Source of the DNA: Actinomycetota bacterium
GTDB lineage: Bacteria; Actinomycetota; Actinomycetes; Nanopelagicales; Nanopelagicaceae
Direction: 5' to 3'
DNA length: 64,000 bases
NCBI GenBank assembly: GCA_041172145.1
Contig: JBEDKL010000005.1
Location: 297-64,296, forward strand
Positions 30,212 to 38,796 of this stretch are shown piece after piece. Position 1 is the first letter of the stretch; every line of letters starts with the position of its first letter. Below the pieces are notes generated by a model, which saw only the letters and a list, made by a program, of their open reading frames with translations, ran no database searches and was not told the DNA's origin. The translations under genes were made by a program, and so were the position numbers.

Positions 30212-30739
30212 ATGAATATTGATGATGCTCTATCGCTCATCCGTGAAATTCCAGATTACCCGAAACCGGGCATCCGTTTTCAAGACATCACCCCACTTCT
30301 TGCCCATGGTGAGGCCTTTATCGCCATCACAGAAAAGTTCGCCGATTACGCGGATTCATCAACCTTGGTTGCAGGCATCGAAGCTCGCGGCTTTATCTTT
30401 GCATCAGCGGTAGCAAATCAACTTCGCAGCGGTTTTGTTCCGATTCGTAAAGCTGGAAAGCTCCCTCATTTAACTATTTCTGAGAGTTACGGTCTTGAGT
30501 ATGGAGATGACACCTTAGAGCTTCATGTCGATGCCGTTTCACCGGGTTCAAAGGTTCTGCTGATCGATGATGTGTTGGCAACAGGTGGAACAATTGGTGC
30601 TGCCATCGAGTTGATTCAAAGACTTGGCGGCGAAGTAATTCACGTCCTTGCCTTGTTAGAGATCCAAGGTTTACCAGGCCGAGAAAGACTCAAGGAGAAA
30701 TATCCTCATATTCCAGTTACTTCGCTGGTAGTTTCTTAG
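30212..30739 (+). CDS. apt: Adenine phosphoribosyltransferase
   Basis: IPDYPKPGIRFQDITPLL, GIEARGF, RKAGKLP, LEYG, LIDDVLATGGT. Confidence 0.96.
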   Translation: MNIDDALSLIREIPDYPKPGIRFQDITPLLAHGEAFIAITEKFADYADSSTLVAGIEARGFIFASAVANQLRSGFVPIRKAGKLPHLTISESYGLEYGDDTLELHVDAVSPGSKVLLIDDVLATGGTIGAAIELIQRLGGEVIHVLALLEIQGLPGRERLKEKYPHIPVTSLVVS

Positions 30740-30741
30740 TA

Positions 30742-32589
30742 ATGCGAATTCTTCAAATCCAAGGATTGCGCGCTTTAGCTGCACTCCTTGTGACAATCTT
30801 CCATGCTCGCCTAATGCCAGGCGGCTTTATCGGCGTCGATATTTTTTACGTAATCTCGGGTTACCTAATCACTGGATTGATTCTGAGAGAAATCGAAAAA
30901 ACAGGTCGGTTAGATCTCAACGCCTTTTACCAACGAAGAATTAAACGCCTATTACCGACATCTGTCTTTGTACTTTTTATTACCGCCTTCCTTGCTTACT
31001 TTCTTTTGCCTCCGACCACCCGAGCTGCACTAGGACGAGATCTATTCGCCGCGGCAACATATATCTCCAACTATCTCTTTGCCTGGTGGCAAAATGATTA
31101 CCAAAACTTGGATGCAACTCCATCGCCATTTATTCATTACTGGTCTCTGGCTGTCGAAGAACAGTTTTACGTGGTTTGGCCAATCTTCATCCTGGTCCTT
31201 TCCAGATACGGAAGGCGTGCAGTCTTCAACGGCGTAGCCATCGTAACAACGCTCTCTTTGCTCTTGTCTATCTACCAAACACAAACATCTCCAATCTGGG
31301 CTTTCTACTCGCTGCCAACACGTGCATGGGAGTTAGGCGTAGGCGCACTGTTACTTTTTGTACCAGATAATTATTTGCGCAATAGGTTTTTCCCATGGAT
31401 TGGCGTTCTCGGAATAATTTTTGCCTCGGTACGTTTTGATGAAAGCACCGCATTTCCTGGATTCAATGCTTTACTTCCGGTAGTTGCTACAGCGTTACTT
31501 ATCGGCACGATTCCAGTTTGGCCAAGGTTTTTTAATGATCTAAGCAACAATCGTTTAGCACAATGGTTAGGCGCGATTTCTTACCCTCTGTATCTATGGC
31601 ACTGGCCCGCATTAGTTTTACCAGCGGCTGCATTGGATCGACCGCTAAGAATTAGAGAAAGATTACTGTGCATACTTTTGACCATAGTTCTGGCTCACTT
31701 CACCAGCAAATACATAGAACAACCCCTACGGCATCGTGATTTCAATGCCAAGAAGATCTATGGATTCTTCCTAGCAACTACGGCTATTTCATTTCTTGCA
31801 GCTTTCTTCATCATTTCCACATCTTCTGATTCAATCAAGGTGAAAGGTTCCAACTACACCTTTAATCTCGAGCAGGTTGTTCGTAAACCTGCGATCTATG
31901 GGGATGGCTGCCATGTTAACTATGGTGAAGATAAATCTGGTAAATGTATCTATGGCGATCCTTCTGCCGAGAAAACCTTAGTTCTCTATGGAGATTCGCA
32001 TGCGGCGCAGTGGTTCCCCGCTCTAGAACAGATCGCAAAAAATGATGGATATCGATTGATCTCTCTTACAAAATCTGCTTGTTCATCAGTCGAAGCGCCA
32101 CGCGAGAATAAGGGTGCATACAATGATGCCGAGTGCGATAGGTGGAGAAAAAACTCGATAGAGCGAATTCAACAGCTGCAACCTCACGCGGTAATCGTCA
32201 GCAGTTTCCAAAACTTTAAGCCACCGGCCGGTGCAAAAGATAGAACATCCTGGTGGCAAGATGGCCAAAGAGTTCTATTAGCTAATCTCCAGGGAGAAGT
32301 TAAAAATCTCGTTTATATAAGCGATACACCTTTGCCCAAGAGTGATATCCCAAATTGTTTGGCTTCGCGAAACTCCCAAAATTGCGACTCTAGTCAGCCG
32401 ACACCGAACCTGATCATCGATGGTTTTATATCGATTGATCCAACTCCTTGGTTATGCAACGAATATTGCCCAGCGATTCAAGATGGATATGTGGTCTATC
32501 GCGATGCATCTCACATCTCAGTCGATGCCGCTCTTGGTTTAACTGACAAATTAAAGGCTGCCTTAACCAATAAGGGGATAATGCCGTAG
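30742..32589 (+). CDS. Acyltransferase-3 + SGNH hydrolase fusion (OatA/OafA-like O-acyltransferase)
   Basis: IQGLRALA, GVDIFYVISGYLIT, HYWSLAVEEQFY, ISYPLYLWHWP; SGNH motifs GDSHA and DASH. Confidence 0.9.
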   Translation: MRILQIQGLRALAALLVTIFHARLMPGGFIGVDIFYVISGYLITGLILREIEKTGRLDLNAFYQRRIKRLLPTSVFVLFITAFLAYFLLPPTTRAALGRDLFAAATYISNYLFAWWQNDYQNLDATPSPFIHYWSLAVEEQFYVVWPIFILVLSRYGRRAVFNGVAIVTTLSLLLSIYQTQTSPIWAFYSLPTRAWELGVGALLLFVPDNYLRNRFFPWIGVLGIIFASVRFDESTAFPGFNALLPVVATALLIGTIPVWPRFFNDLSNNRLAQWLGAISYPLYLWHWPALVLPAAALDRPLRIRERLLCILLTIVLAHFTSKYIEQPLRHRDFNAKKIYGFFLATTAISFLAAFFIISTSSDSIKVKGSNYTFNLEQVVRKPAIYGDGCHVNYGEDKSGKCIYGDPSAEKTLVLYGDSHAAQWFPALEQIAKNDGYRLISLTKSACSSVEAPRENKGAYNDAECDRWRKNSIERIQQLQPHAVIVSSFQNFKPPAGAKDRTSWWQDGQRVLLANLQGEVKNLVYISDTPLPKSDIPNCLASRNSQNCDSSQPTPNLIIDGFISIDPTPWLCNEYCPAIQDGYVVYRDASHISVDAALGLTDKLKAALTNKGIMP

Positions 32590-32610
32590 AGCTGTGGCAA
32601 GATGCGCACC

Positions 32611-33255
32611 ATGGCTGAGTTGATCTACTACTGCGGGACTATGGATAGCGGTAAATCCACCCTTGCCCTGCAAACAGCCCATAATCATCAAAGCCGAGGA
32701 CGCACAGGTTTGATTTTCACCAACAAGGATCGAGCAGGCTCGGGTGTTATATCTTCGCGTTTAGGGCTATCAAGTCCTGCTATCGAGGTTATCCCTGAGT
32801 TAGATATTCATAAGCTAGTAGTTGACAAGCTATCTATGGGCGAACGGGTTGATTACATCATCTGCGATGAAGCTCAGTTTTACGAAACTGAACAAATTGA
32901 CCAACTTGCACGAGTTGTCGATGGTCTGGGTATAGATGTCTTTGCATTTGGAATTTTGGCTGACTTCAGAACCAAGTTGTTCCCGGGATCTGCCCGTTTA
33001 GTCGAACTTGCAGATCGCGTAAATACTTTGCAGGTAGAAGCGCTCTGTTGGTGTGGGGCTCGTGCAACCCATAACGCACGAACCATTGGTGGAGTTATGG
33101 TCGTTGAAGGTGAACAAGTTGTCGTTGGCGATGTGGCACCCGGTGCAGAGGTTGCGTATGAGGTTCTTTGTCGTCGCCACCATATGCGCCAAGTAACCGC
33201 TCGAGCATCAAGAGCGGCCCATACCTCCTCTCTCCCACTACCGTTCAAGGAGTAA
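32611..33255 (+). CDS. tdk: Thymidine kinase
   Basis: GTMDSGKST, SRLG, DEAQF, LFPGS.RL, CWCG...LCRRH. Confidence 0.92.
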   Translation: MAELIYYCGTMDSGKSTLALQTAHNHQSRGRTGLIFTNKDRAGSGVISSRLGLSSPAIEVIPELDIHKLVVDKLSMGERVDYIICDEAQFYETEQIDQLARVVDGLGIDVFAFGILADFRTKLFPGSARLVELADRVNTLQVEALCWCGARATHNARTIGGVMVVEGEQVVVGDVAPGAEVAYEVLCRRHHMRQVTARASRAAHTSSLPLPFKE

Positions 33256-33257
33256 AG

Positions 33258-34298
33258 ATGAAATCACGCGGATATGCAGCTTTGTCAGCGAAAGCAAATT
33301 TGGTCTCTCATGAGTTTGAACGTCGCGAATTAGGCGAGAATGATGTTGCGTTAGATATCGCCTATGCCGGAATTTGCCACAGTGATATCCATCAGGTTGC
33401 CGAAGAGTGGGGTCCAGCAATTTTCCCTATGGTTCCAGGCCATGAGATTGCCGGTGTTGTTAAAGCTATTGGATCCAAGGTTTCAAAGTTTGCAGTTGGC
33501 GACAAAATCGGTGTTGGAGTCTTTGTAGATTCCTGTCGTAGCTGCGAAAGCTGTGTACAGGGTTTGCAACAGTATTGCGTTGAAGGCATGACTGGAACAT
33601 ATAACGGTTATGAGCGAGATGGCGTGACAGTTGCAATGGGTGGTTACTCAAACAACTTTGTTATCAATCAAGATTATGCGGTACGGATTCCAGATAATTT
33701 GCCTTTGGAAGGAGTAGCACCTTTACTTTGCGCCGGCATTACCTTGTACTCCCCCATAAAGCATTGGGGTGTGAAGCCTGGGATGAAGGTTGCAGTCATG
33801 GGCCTTGGAGGCTTGGGGCACATGGGTGTTAAGTTCGCAGCTGCGATGGGCGCAGAGGTAACTGTTCTTTCACACTCTCCTAGCAAGCAAGCCGATGCGA
33901 TAGCGATGGGAGCTCATCACTTTGTGAGCACAAAAGATCCAAGCAACTTGGCCCCATTAGCAAAGAGCTTTGATTTAATCCTCAACACAGTAAGTGCAGA
34001 ATTAGTTATCAACGATTACCTCAATCTCCTAAAGCTTGATGGAACTCTTGTGGTTATTGGTTTACCGGGTAAGCCTTATGAGGTTCATGCAGGCACCTTG
34101 CTCAATGGTCGACGCTCAGTATCAGGTTCGATGATTGGCGGAATCCCCGAAATGCAAGAGATGTTGGAGTTTTGTTCACAACATTTAATTGTCAGTGATG
34201 TCGAAGTCATTAAGGCTGACTACATCAATGAGGCATACAAAAGAACTGTTGCTAGTGATGTGAAGTATCGATTTGTAATCGAAGCTTCAACCTTCTAA
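33258..34298 (+). CDS. Zn-dependent NAD(P)H alcohol dehydrogenase (cinnamyl-ADH/AdhC type)
   Basis: GICHSD, PGHE, C-x2-C-x2-C-x7-C, APLLCAGIT, GLGGLGH, YRFVI; SD AAGGAG before ATG 33258. Confidence 0.93.
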   Translation: MKSRGYAALSAKANLVSHEFERRELGENDVALDIAYAGICHSDIHQVAEEWGPAIFPMVPGHEIAGVVKAIGSKVSKFAVGDKIGVGVFVDSCRSCESCVQGLQQYCVEGMTGTYNGYERDGVTVAMGGYSNNFVINQDYAVRIPDNLPLEGVAPLLCAGITLYSPIKHWGVKPGMKVAVMGLGGLGHMGVKFAAAMGAEVTVLSHSPSKQADAIAMGAHHFVSTKDPSNLAPLAKSFDLILNTVSAELVINDYLNLLKLDGTLVVIGLPGKPYEVHAGTLLNGRRSVSGSMIGGIPEMQEMLEFCSQHLIVSDVEVIKADYINEAYKRTVASDVKYRFVIEASTF

Positions 34299-35026
34299 AA
34301 GGTATGGACTACCAAAGCAAATAGCGGAGCAATCGCCAAAGCTGGTAATAAGTTTCCAACTGAAACGCTCTTGATGTTGAGCAACTTCAGCGCAATGCAA
34401 ATCAGCATGATTCCACCGACGATTGTCATCGCATCGATCTGGTAACCCGCAAGGATTTCTCCTAGCCCGAAACCAATCACCGTCCATACCCCTTGGTAGA
34501 TACCAACAGGAAGAGCTGAGACAGCAACTCCCCATCCCAATGAGGTTGCAAAGGCCATCGCAGCGAAAAAGTCGAGTGTGCTTTTTAAAATCAGTTGATC
34601 GATCCCTGTACCCATTCCATCGCTAATGCTTCCGAGGATGGCCAGGGGGCCGATAGCAAATAGGAGTGATGCCGCGACAAAGCCTTCGACAAAGGAGGAT
34701 TCGCGGGAGGCCTTAAAACGAACACGAAGGCGTTCACCCAAGCTTTCCAATTTATCCTCTAACTTCATCGCTGATCCGATAAGTCCACCAATCAGCAATG
34801 AACCCAAGACAACCAGCAAACTCCACCCTTGTGGCAAAGCTTGCGTGTATCGATCAGACCATAGAGGAATCAAGGCTGAAGCTGCGCCAAGGAGTGTGAC
34901 CAACCCAAGAACATCTGTCAGTAAGGTTCTGGTTCTTGAAGGCATGCGATTGCCGACAAGTACGCCTAAAGATGCACCAGAAATAATCGTGATGATGTTG
35001 ATGATTGTGCCAACGCCAGGAAACAT
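34295..35026 (-). CDS. DUF554 family membrane protein
   Basis: GTIIN, EGFV.ASLLF..GPLAILGSISDG, LKSTLD, NLLPAL. Confidence 0.88.
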   Translation of the reverse strand: MFPGVGTIINIITIISGASLGVLVGNRMPSRTRTLLTDVLGLVTLLGAASALIPLWSDRYTQALPQGWSLLVVLGSLLIGGLIGSAMKLEDKLESLGERLRVRFKASRESSFVEGFVAASLLFAIGPLAILGSISDGMGTGIDQLILKSTLDFFAAMAFATSLGWGVAVSALPVGIYQGVWTVIGFGLGEILAGYQIDAMTIVGGIMLICIALKLLNIKSVSVGNLLPALAIAPLFALVVHTF

Positions 35027-35046
35027 TTGATGATTATACTCATTGA
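35027..35046. promoter_or_regulatory. Overlapping bidirectional leaderless promoter
   Basis: Plus-strand TATACT (35035-35040) is 6 nt before ATG 35047; minus-strand TATAAT (35033-35038) is 6 nt before ATG 35026. Confidence 0.7.
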
Positions 35047-35712
35047 ATGTCTAATCCATTTATAGAGTTCCTTCGTCCTCATAAGACTGTTCCACAAACA
35101 TCGTGGACCGCTCAATCTCGTTGGGATCTCAAACCGGCTCGAGTGGGTGTTCTCTTCTTTGGATTGTTTATCTTTGGCTTAGGTGATGCTTTACTGATTC
35201 AAAGTTCATTAGGAAATGCTCCATGGTCGGTTTTGGCTCAGGGCGTCTCTTCTCGATTAGACATAACGATGGGTTGGTCTACTTTTGCTATAAGCACCAT
35301 GGTTCTTCTTTTGTGGATCCCTCTCAAAGAAAAACCTGGTTTTGGAACACTTTCCAATATCGCCATCATCGCTACAGCGATCCAGATTGGTGTCTCAATA
35401 TTTCCGGCACAGAGTAATTTCCTTGTAGCAGTTGCTACATGCTTAATTGGAATTGCAATGGTTGGATTCGGTTCAGCCCTTTACATCACCTGTGGCTTGG
35501 GCCCTGGTCCTCGTGATGGATTAATGACTGCTCTGCATCACACCACGGGAGTGCGGATCGGTAGGGTGAGATTGGCGATTGAGGGCTCAGTCTTAGTCGC
35601 CGGTTGGTTGCTAGGCGGAACTGTTGGGCTTGGAACCCTCTTATTTGCCCTGCTCATTGGTCAATCCATCGCCATCAGCCTAGGAGTCGTTTCTAGGATT
35701 ACCCACAGGTAA
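35047..35712 (+). CDS. YczE/YyaS/YitT-like membrane protein
   Basis: LG.APW.VL.QG, PGFGT..N, LGPGPRDGLMT, GGTVGLGT. Confidence 0.85.
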   Translation: MSNPFIEFLRPHKTVPQTSWTAQSRWDLKPARVGVLFFGLFIFGLGDALLIQSSLGNAPWSVLAQGVSSRLDITMGWSTFAISTMVLLLWIPLKEKPGFGTLSNIAIIATAIQIGVSIFPAQSNFLVAVATCLIGIAMVGFGSALYITCGLGPGPRDGLMTALHHTTGVRIGRVRLAIEGSVLVAGWLLGGTVGLGTLLFALLIGQSIAISLGVVSRITHR

Positions 35713-35728
35713 CACATAGGATTTAACT

Positions 35729-35805
35729 CTTCCCAAGGGTTGTGCGCCCTATCGCACACGGGGTCGCAAACACCCCCGTTAACAAAATTAGAAAGGCACT
35801 ACTTC
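35729..35805 (+). promoter_or_regulatory. Structured 5' leader of the NCS2 permease (cis-regulatory RNA candidate)
   Basis: -10 TAGGAT (35717-35722); hairpin TGTGCG-ccctat-CGCACA (35741-35758); hairpin ACGGGG...CCCCGT (35758-35779); SD GAAAGG. Confidence 0.4.
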
Positions 35806-37251
35806 ATGCTGGATTCATACTTCAAAATCTCTGAGCGGGGCTCAACAATTGCCCAAGAGGTTCGAGGCGGACTCGTAACCTTCTTCACGATGGCATACAT
35901 CGTTGCTCTCAACCCAATCATTCTGGCTTACACACCAGATGCAAATGGTCAGTTCCTATTTGGTGGAGCACAGCCTGCTCCTGCGATGGTTGCAGCAACC
36001 ACAGCTTTAGTTGCTGGTCTGCTAACAATCCTCATGGGATCAATTGCTAACTATCCATTGGCACTTGCAACAGGTCTTGGCCTCAATACCTTCGTTGCAG
36101 TTGGTATCGCATCAAAGATGACATGGGCTGCTGCAATGGGTCTTGTTGTTCTAGAAGGTCTCATCATCTTGGTTTTGGTTCTCACCGGATTCCGCGTTGC
36201 GGTATTCAAGGCGGTTCCACCTCAGATCAAGATCGCAATCTCTGTTGGTATTGGTCTATTTATCGCTCTCATCGGTCTTGTTGATGCTGGCTTTGTACGC
36301 CGTACCGCAAGTGGTCCAGTTCCAGTAGGCCTAGGCGTCAATGGAAATCTCGTTGGCTGGCCAACAGTAGTTTTCGTTTTCGGAACTTTGTTGATCATCG
36401 GACTAATGGTTCGTAAGGTCAAGGGTGCGATTCTTATTGGAATCGCTGCCGCAACTGTTTTGGCGATCGTTATTCAAAAGATGTACAACATTGCTCCAAA
36501 CTTTACTCCAGGCAACCCTCCAACAATCGTCGATGGCGGATGGCAGCTAGGTATCCCTGCAGTTCCTTCAGAGATTGTCGCTGTTCCAGAGTTTGATTTC
36601 ACTGGCCAGTTTGATCTGCTTGGAGCCTTCAATGTTGACAATGTTTCGCTAATTGCGGCAATCCTTCTTCTGTTCACCTTGTTGCTATCTGATTTCTTCG
36701 ACACCGTTGGAACAGTTACCGCGATCGGACATGAATCAGGTCTTGCTGACAAGGATGGAAATGTAGACAACATCCAGAAGATTCTTTTGGTTGACTCTGT
36801 AGCAGCTGCTGCAGGTGGTGCTGCAGGTATCTCATCAAACACAAGCTACATTGAATCAGCTTCAGGTGTTGGAGAAGGTGCTCGTACAGGCCTTGCTTCA
36901 ATTGTTACCGGAATCGCATTCCTACTAACAACCTTCTTAGCTCCACTAGTAGCGATCATTCCTTACGAGGCTGCAACTCCTGCCTTGATCATCGTCGGAT
37001 TCCTGATGATGTCGCAGATCAAGAATATTGACTGGGATGACATGGGTATCGGAGTCCCAGCATTTCTAACAATTATCTTGATGCCGTTCACATACAACAT
37101 TTCAGTAGGTATCGGTGCAGGATTCATTACACATGTAGTAATTCGCTTGGTACAGGGTCGCGGCAAGGAAGTTCATCCTTTGATGTACTTAGTTTCGGGC
37201 TTGTTCATGATCTACTTCTTGTCTTCACCAATCAATTCTTGGGTTGGATAA
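35806..37251 (+). CDS. NCS2/AzgA-family purine (adenine/guanine/hypoxanthine) permease
   Basis: YFKISERGSTIAQEVRGGLVTFFTMAYI, GLGLN, DFFDTVGT, YIESASGVGEGARTG, MPFTYNIS.GI. Confidence 0.92.
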   Translation: MLDSYFKISERGSTIAQEVRGGLVTFFTMAYIVALNPIILAYTPDANGQFLFGGAQPAPAMVAATTALVAGLLTILMGSIANYPLALATGLGLNTFVAVGIASKMTWAAAMGLVVLEGLIILVLVLTGFRVAVFKAVPPQIKIAISVGIGLFIALIGLVDAGFVRRTASGPVPVGLGVNGNLVGWPTVVFVFGTLLIIGLMVRKVKGAILIGIAAATVLAIVIQKMYNIAPNFTPGNPPTIVDGGWQLGIPAVPSEIVAVPEFDFTGQFDLLGAFNVDNVSLIAAILLLFTLLLSDFFDTVGTVTAIGHESGLADKDGNVDNIQKILLVDSVAAAAGGAAGISSNTSYIESASGVGEGARTGLASIVTGIAFLLTTFLAPLVAIIPYEAATPALIIVGFLMMSQIKNIDWDDMGIGVPAFLTIILMPFTYNISVGIGAGFITHVVIRLVQGRGKEVHPLMYLVSGLFMIYFLSSPINSWVG

Positions 37252-37262
37252 GTACCTTTAAT

Positions 37263-37300
37263 AAGCAAAAGGCCCCTGGGAGACCGGGGGCCTTTTGCTT
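37263..37300. terminator. Bidirectional intrinsic terminator
   Basis: AAGCAAAAGGCCCC...GGGGCCTTTTGCTT inverted repeat between the convergent permease and ung genes, with T-runs on both strands. Confidence 0.88.
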
Positions 37301-37935
37301 TACCACTTGATTTCGGAAAATCCTTTTTCTCGAAGCTTTGCGTTAATCTTTGAAAAAGGGCGAGAATCAAAAAATCCTCTGTATGCAGACAGTGGGCTTG
37401 GATGAACCGAAGAGATTACATTTTCTTCTCGAAAGTAAGGCTTTAGTTCGAGTGCGGAACTCCCCCATAGCACCGCAATCACATCTCTTTCTCCGAGGGT
37501 TCGAGCAACCGAGTTTGTGATCTCCTGCCAACCAAGCTTTGCGTGGGCCATTGAAGCACCAATATCGGTAGTTAATATTCGGTTGATGAGCATTACACCT
37601 TGATCAAACCAATCTGCCAAATCCCCATTACCTCTTTTTATGCCCAGATCGCTATCTAACTCCTTGTAAATGTTTCGCAAGGATGCCGGTAGAGGTGAGA
37701 CATTGGCATCTACTGAGAATGCCAAGCCATGCGCGTAACCTTTGGCGGGATATGGATCTTGTCCAAAGATCACGACCGAGGTGGTGTCTATCGAACGTGA
37801 GAGCGCCCTGAAAACATTGTGGTAAGAAGGTGCGATCTCTTTTGGCTCAACAGCTAAATCAATCAAATCAATTAAAGGCTTTTGTTGCTCTAACGCTAAC
37901 TGCCAATCTGGATGAAGATAATCAAAGAGCTGCAC
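37300..37935 (-). CDS. ung: Uracil-DNA glycosylase, family 1
   Basis: GQDPYP, AHGLAFS, SLRNIYKEL, HPSPLSAYRGF. Confidence 0.95.
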   Translation of the reverse strand: MQLFDYLHPDWQLALEQQKPLIDLIDLAVEPKEIAPSYHNVFRALSRSIDTTSVVIFGQDPYPAKGYAHGLAFSVDANVSPLPASLRNIYKELDSDLGIKRGNGDLADWFDQGVMLINRILTTDIGASMAHAKLGWQEITNSVARTLGERDVIAVLWGSSALELKPYFREENVISSVHPSPLSAYRGFFDSRPFSKINAKLREKGFSEIKW

Positions 37936-38710
37936 GTGCGAAGAACCGACCTGACTCAGGTGTCACAGTTATCGAGGCTTCAAAGACCGCTGAAACATGC
38001 TCGGAGGTTACAACCTGGTCAATGGGTCCTGAAACGGCGATTAACCCATCCTTAATAAGTAGTGCGTGAGTAGTTCCTACGGGAATCTCTTCTATGTGGT
38101 GGGTGACCAAAATTGTTGCAGGCGCTAAAGGATCTGCTGCAAAGTTGGCAAAACGTCGAAGGAGATCTTCTCGCCCACCTAAATCTAAACCTGAAGCTGG
38201 TTCATCTAAGAGAAGAAGTTCAGGATCGGTCATTAAAGCGCGGGAGATCTGAACTCGCTTCTTTTCACCTTCGCTCAGAGTTCCATATAGACGATCGCCA
38301 AGTTCTCGAACACCGAAGTTGGTAAGCAGCGCCATAGCGCGAGACTCATCCCATAAGTCATACGCCTCATTCCATCGTCCTAAAATTGCATACGCTGCAG
38401 TGAGTACTACATCTTTAACTGTTTCATCATGTGGAATATCTTCCGCGATTACAGAACCACACAGTCCAATTCGCGTGCGAAGTTCAAATAAATCGACCTT
38501 ACCCATCTCTTTATCCAGAACGGTGACGCTCCCCTGAGTTGGAAAAATCTTCGTAGACAAAATCTGCAACAAGGTCGATTTTCCGGCGCCATTAGGCCCA
38601 AGCACCACCCAGCGCTCACCTTGAGAAATAGAGAAATTTATGGGACCCAAGATGACACGATCTCCTCTGCGAACAGAGACCTCGTTGAGAGTTAGAACAG
38701 AGTTACTCAT
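37922..38710 (-). CDS. ABC-type ATP-binding protein (ModF-like, no permease nearby)
   Basis: GPNGAGKS, LSEGEKKR, LLLDEP, THH; start moved to ATG 38710. Confidence 0.88.
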   Translation of the reverse strand: MSNSVLTLNEVSVRRGDRVILGPINFSISQGERWVVLGPNGAGKSTLLQILSTKIFPTQGSVTVLDKEMGKVDLFELRTRIGLCGSVIAEDIPHDETVKDVVLTAAYAILGRWNEAYDLWDESRAMALLTNFGVRELGDRLYGTLSEGEKKRVQISRALMTDPELLLLDEPASGLDLGGREDLLRRFANFAADPLAPATILVTHHIEEIPVGTTHALLIKDGLIAVSGPIDQVVTSEHVSAVFEASITVTPESGRFFARAAL

Positions 38711-38796
38711 AGATGGTAAAAGATACTGCTTACACCCCTCAAAGTTGGGCAAAGCTGAGCTAAGCCGTGAGTGATTCACGATAACCTTGCCCTCTT

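Noticed and set aside
34251-34260. GCTAGTG as the missing 3' half of tRNA-Leu
   Set aside because: Lies inside the ADH coding sequence and is not followed by a T-arm or acceptor strand
38766-38780. Palindrome CGTGA-N5-TCACG as a CRP or BldD box
   Set aside because: The spacer is one base short for CRP and the half-sites are inverted relative to TNAC-N5-GTNA; a single short instance could be chance
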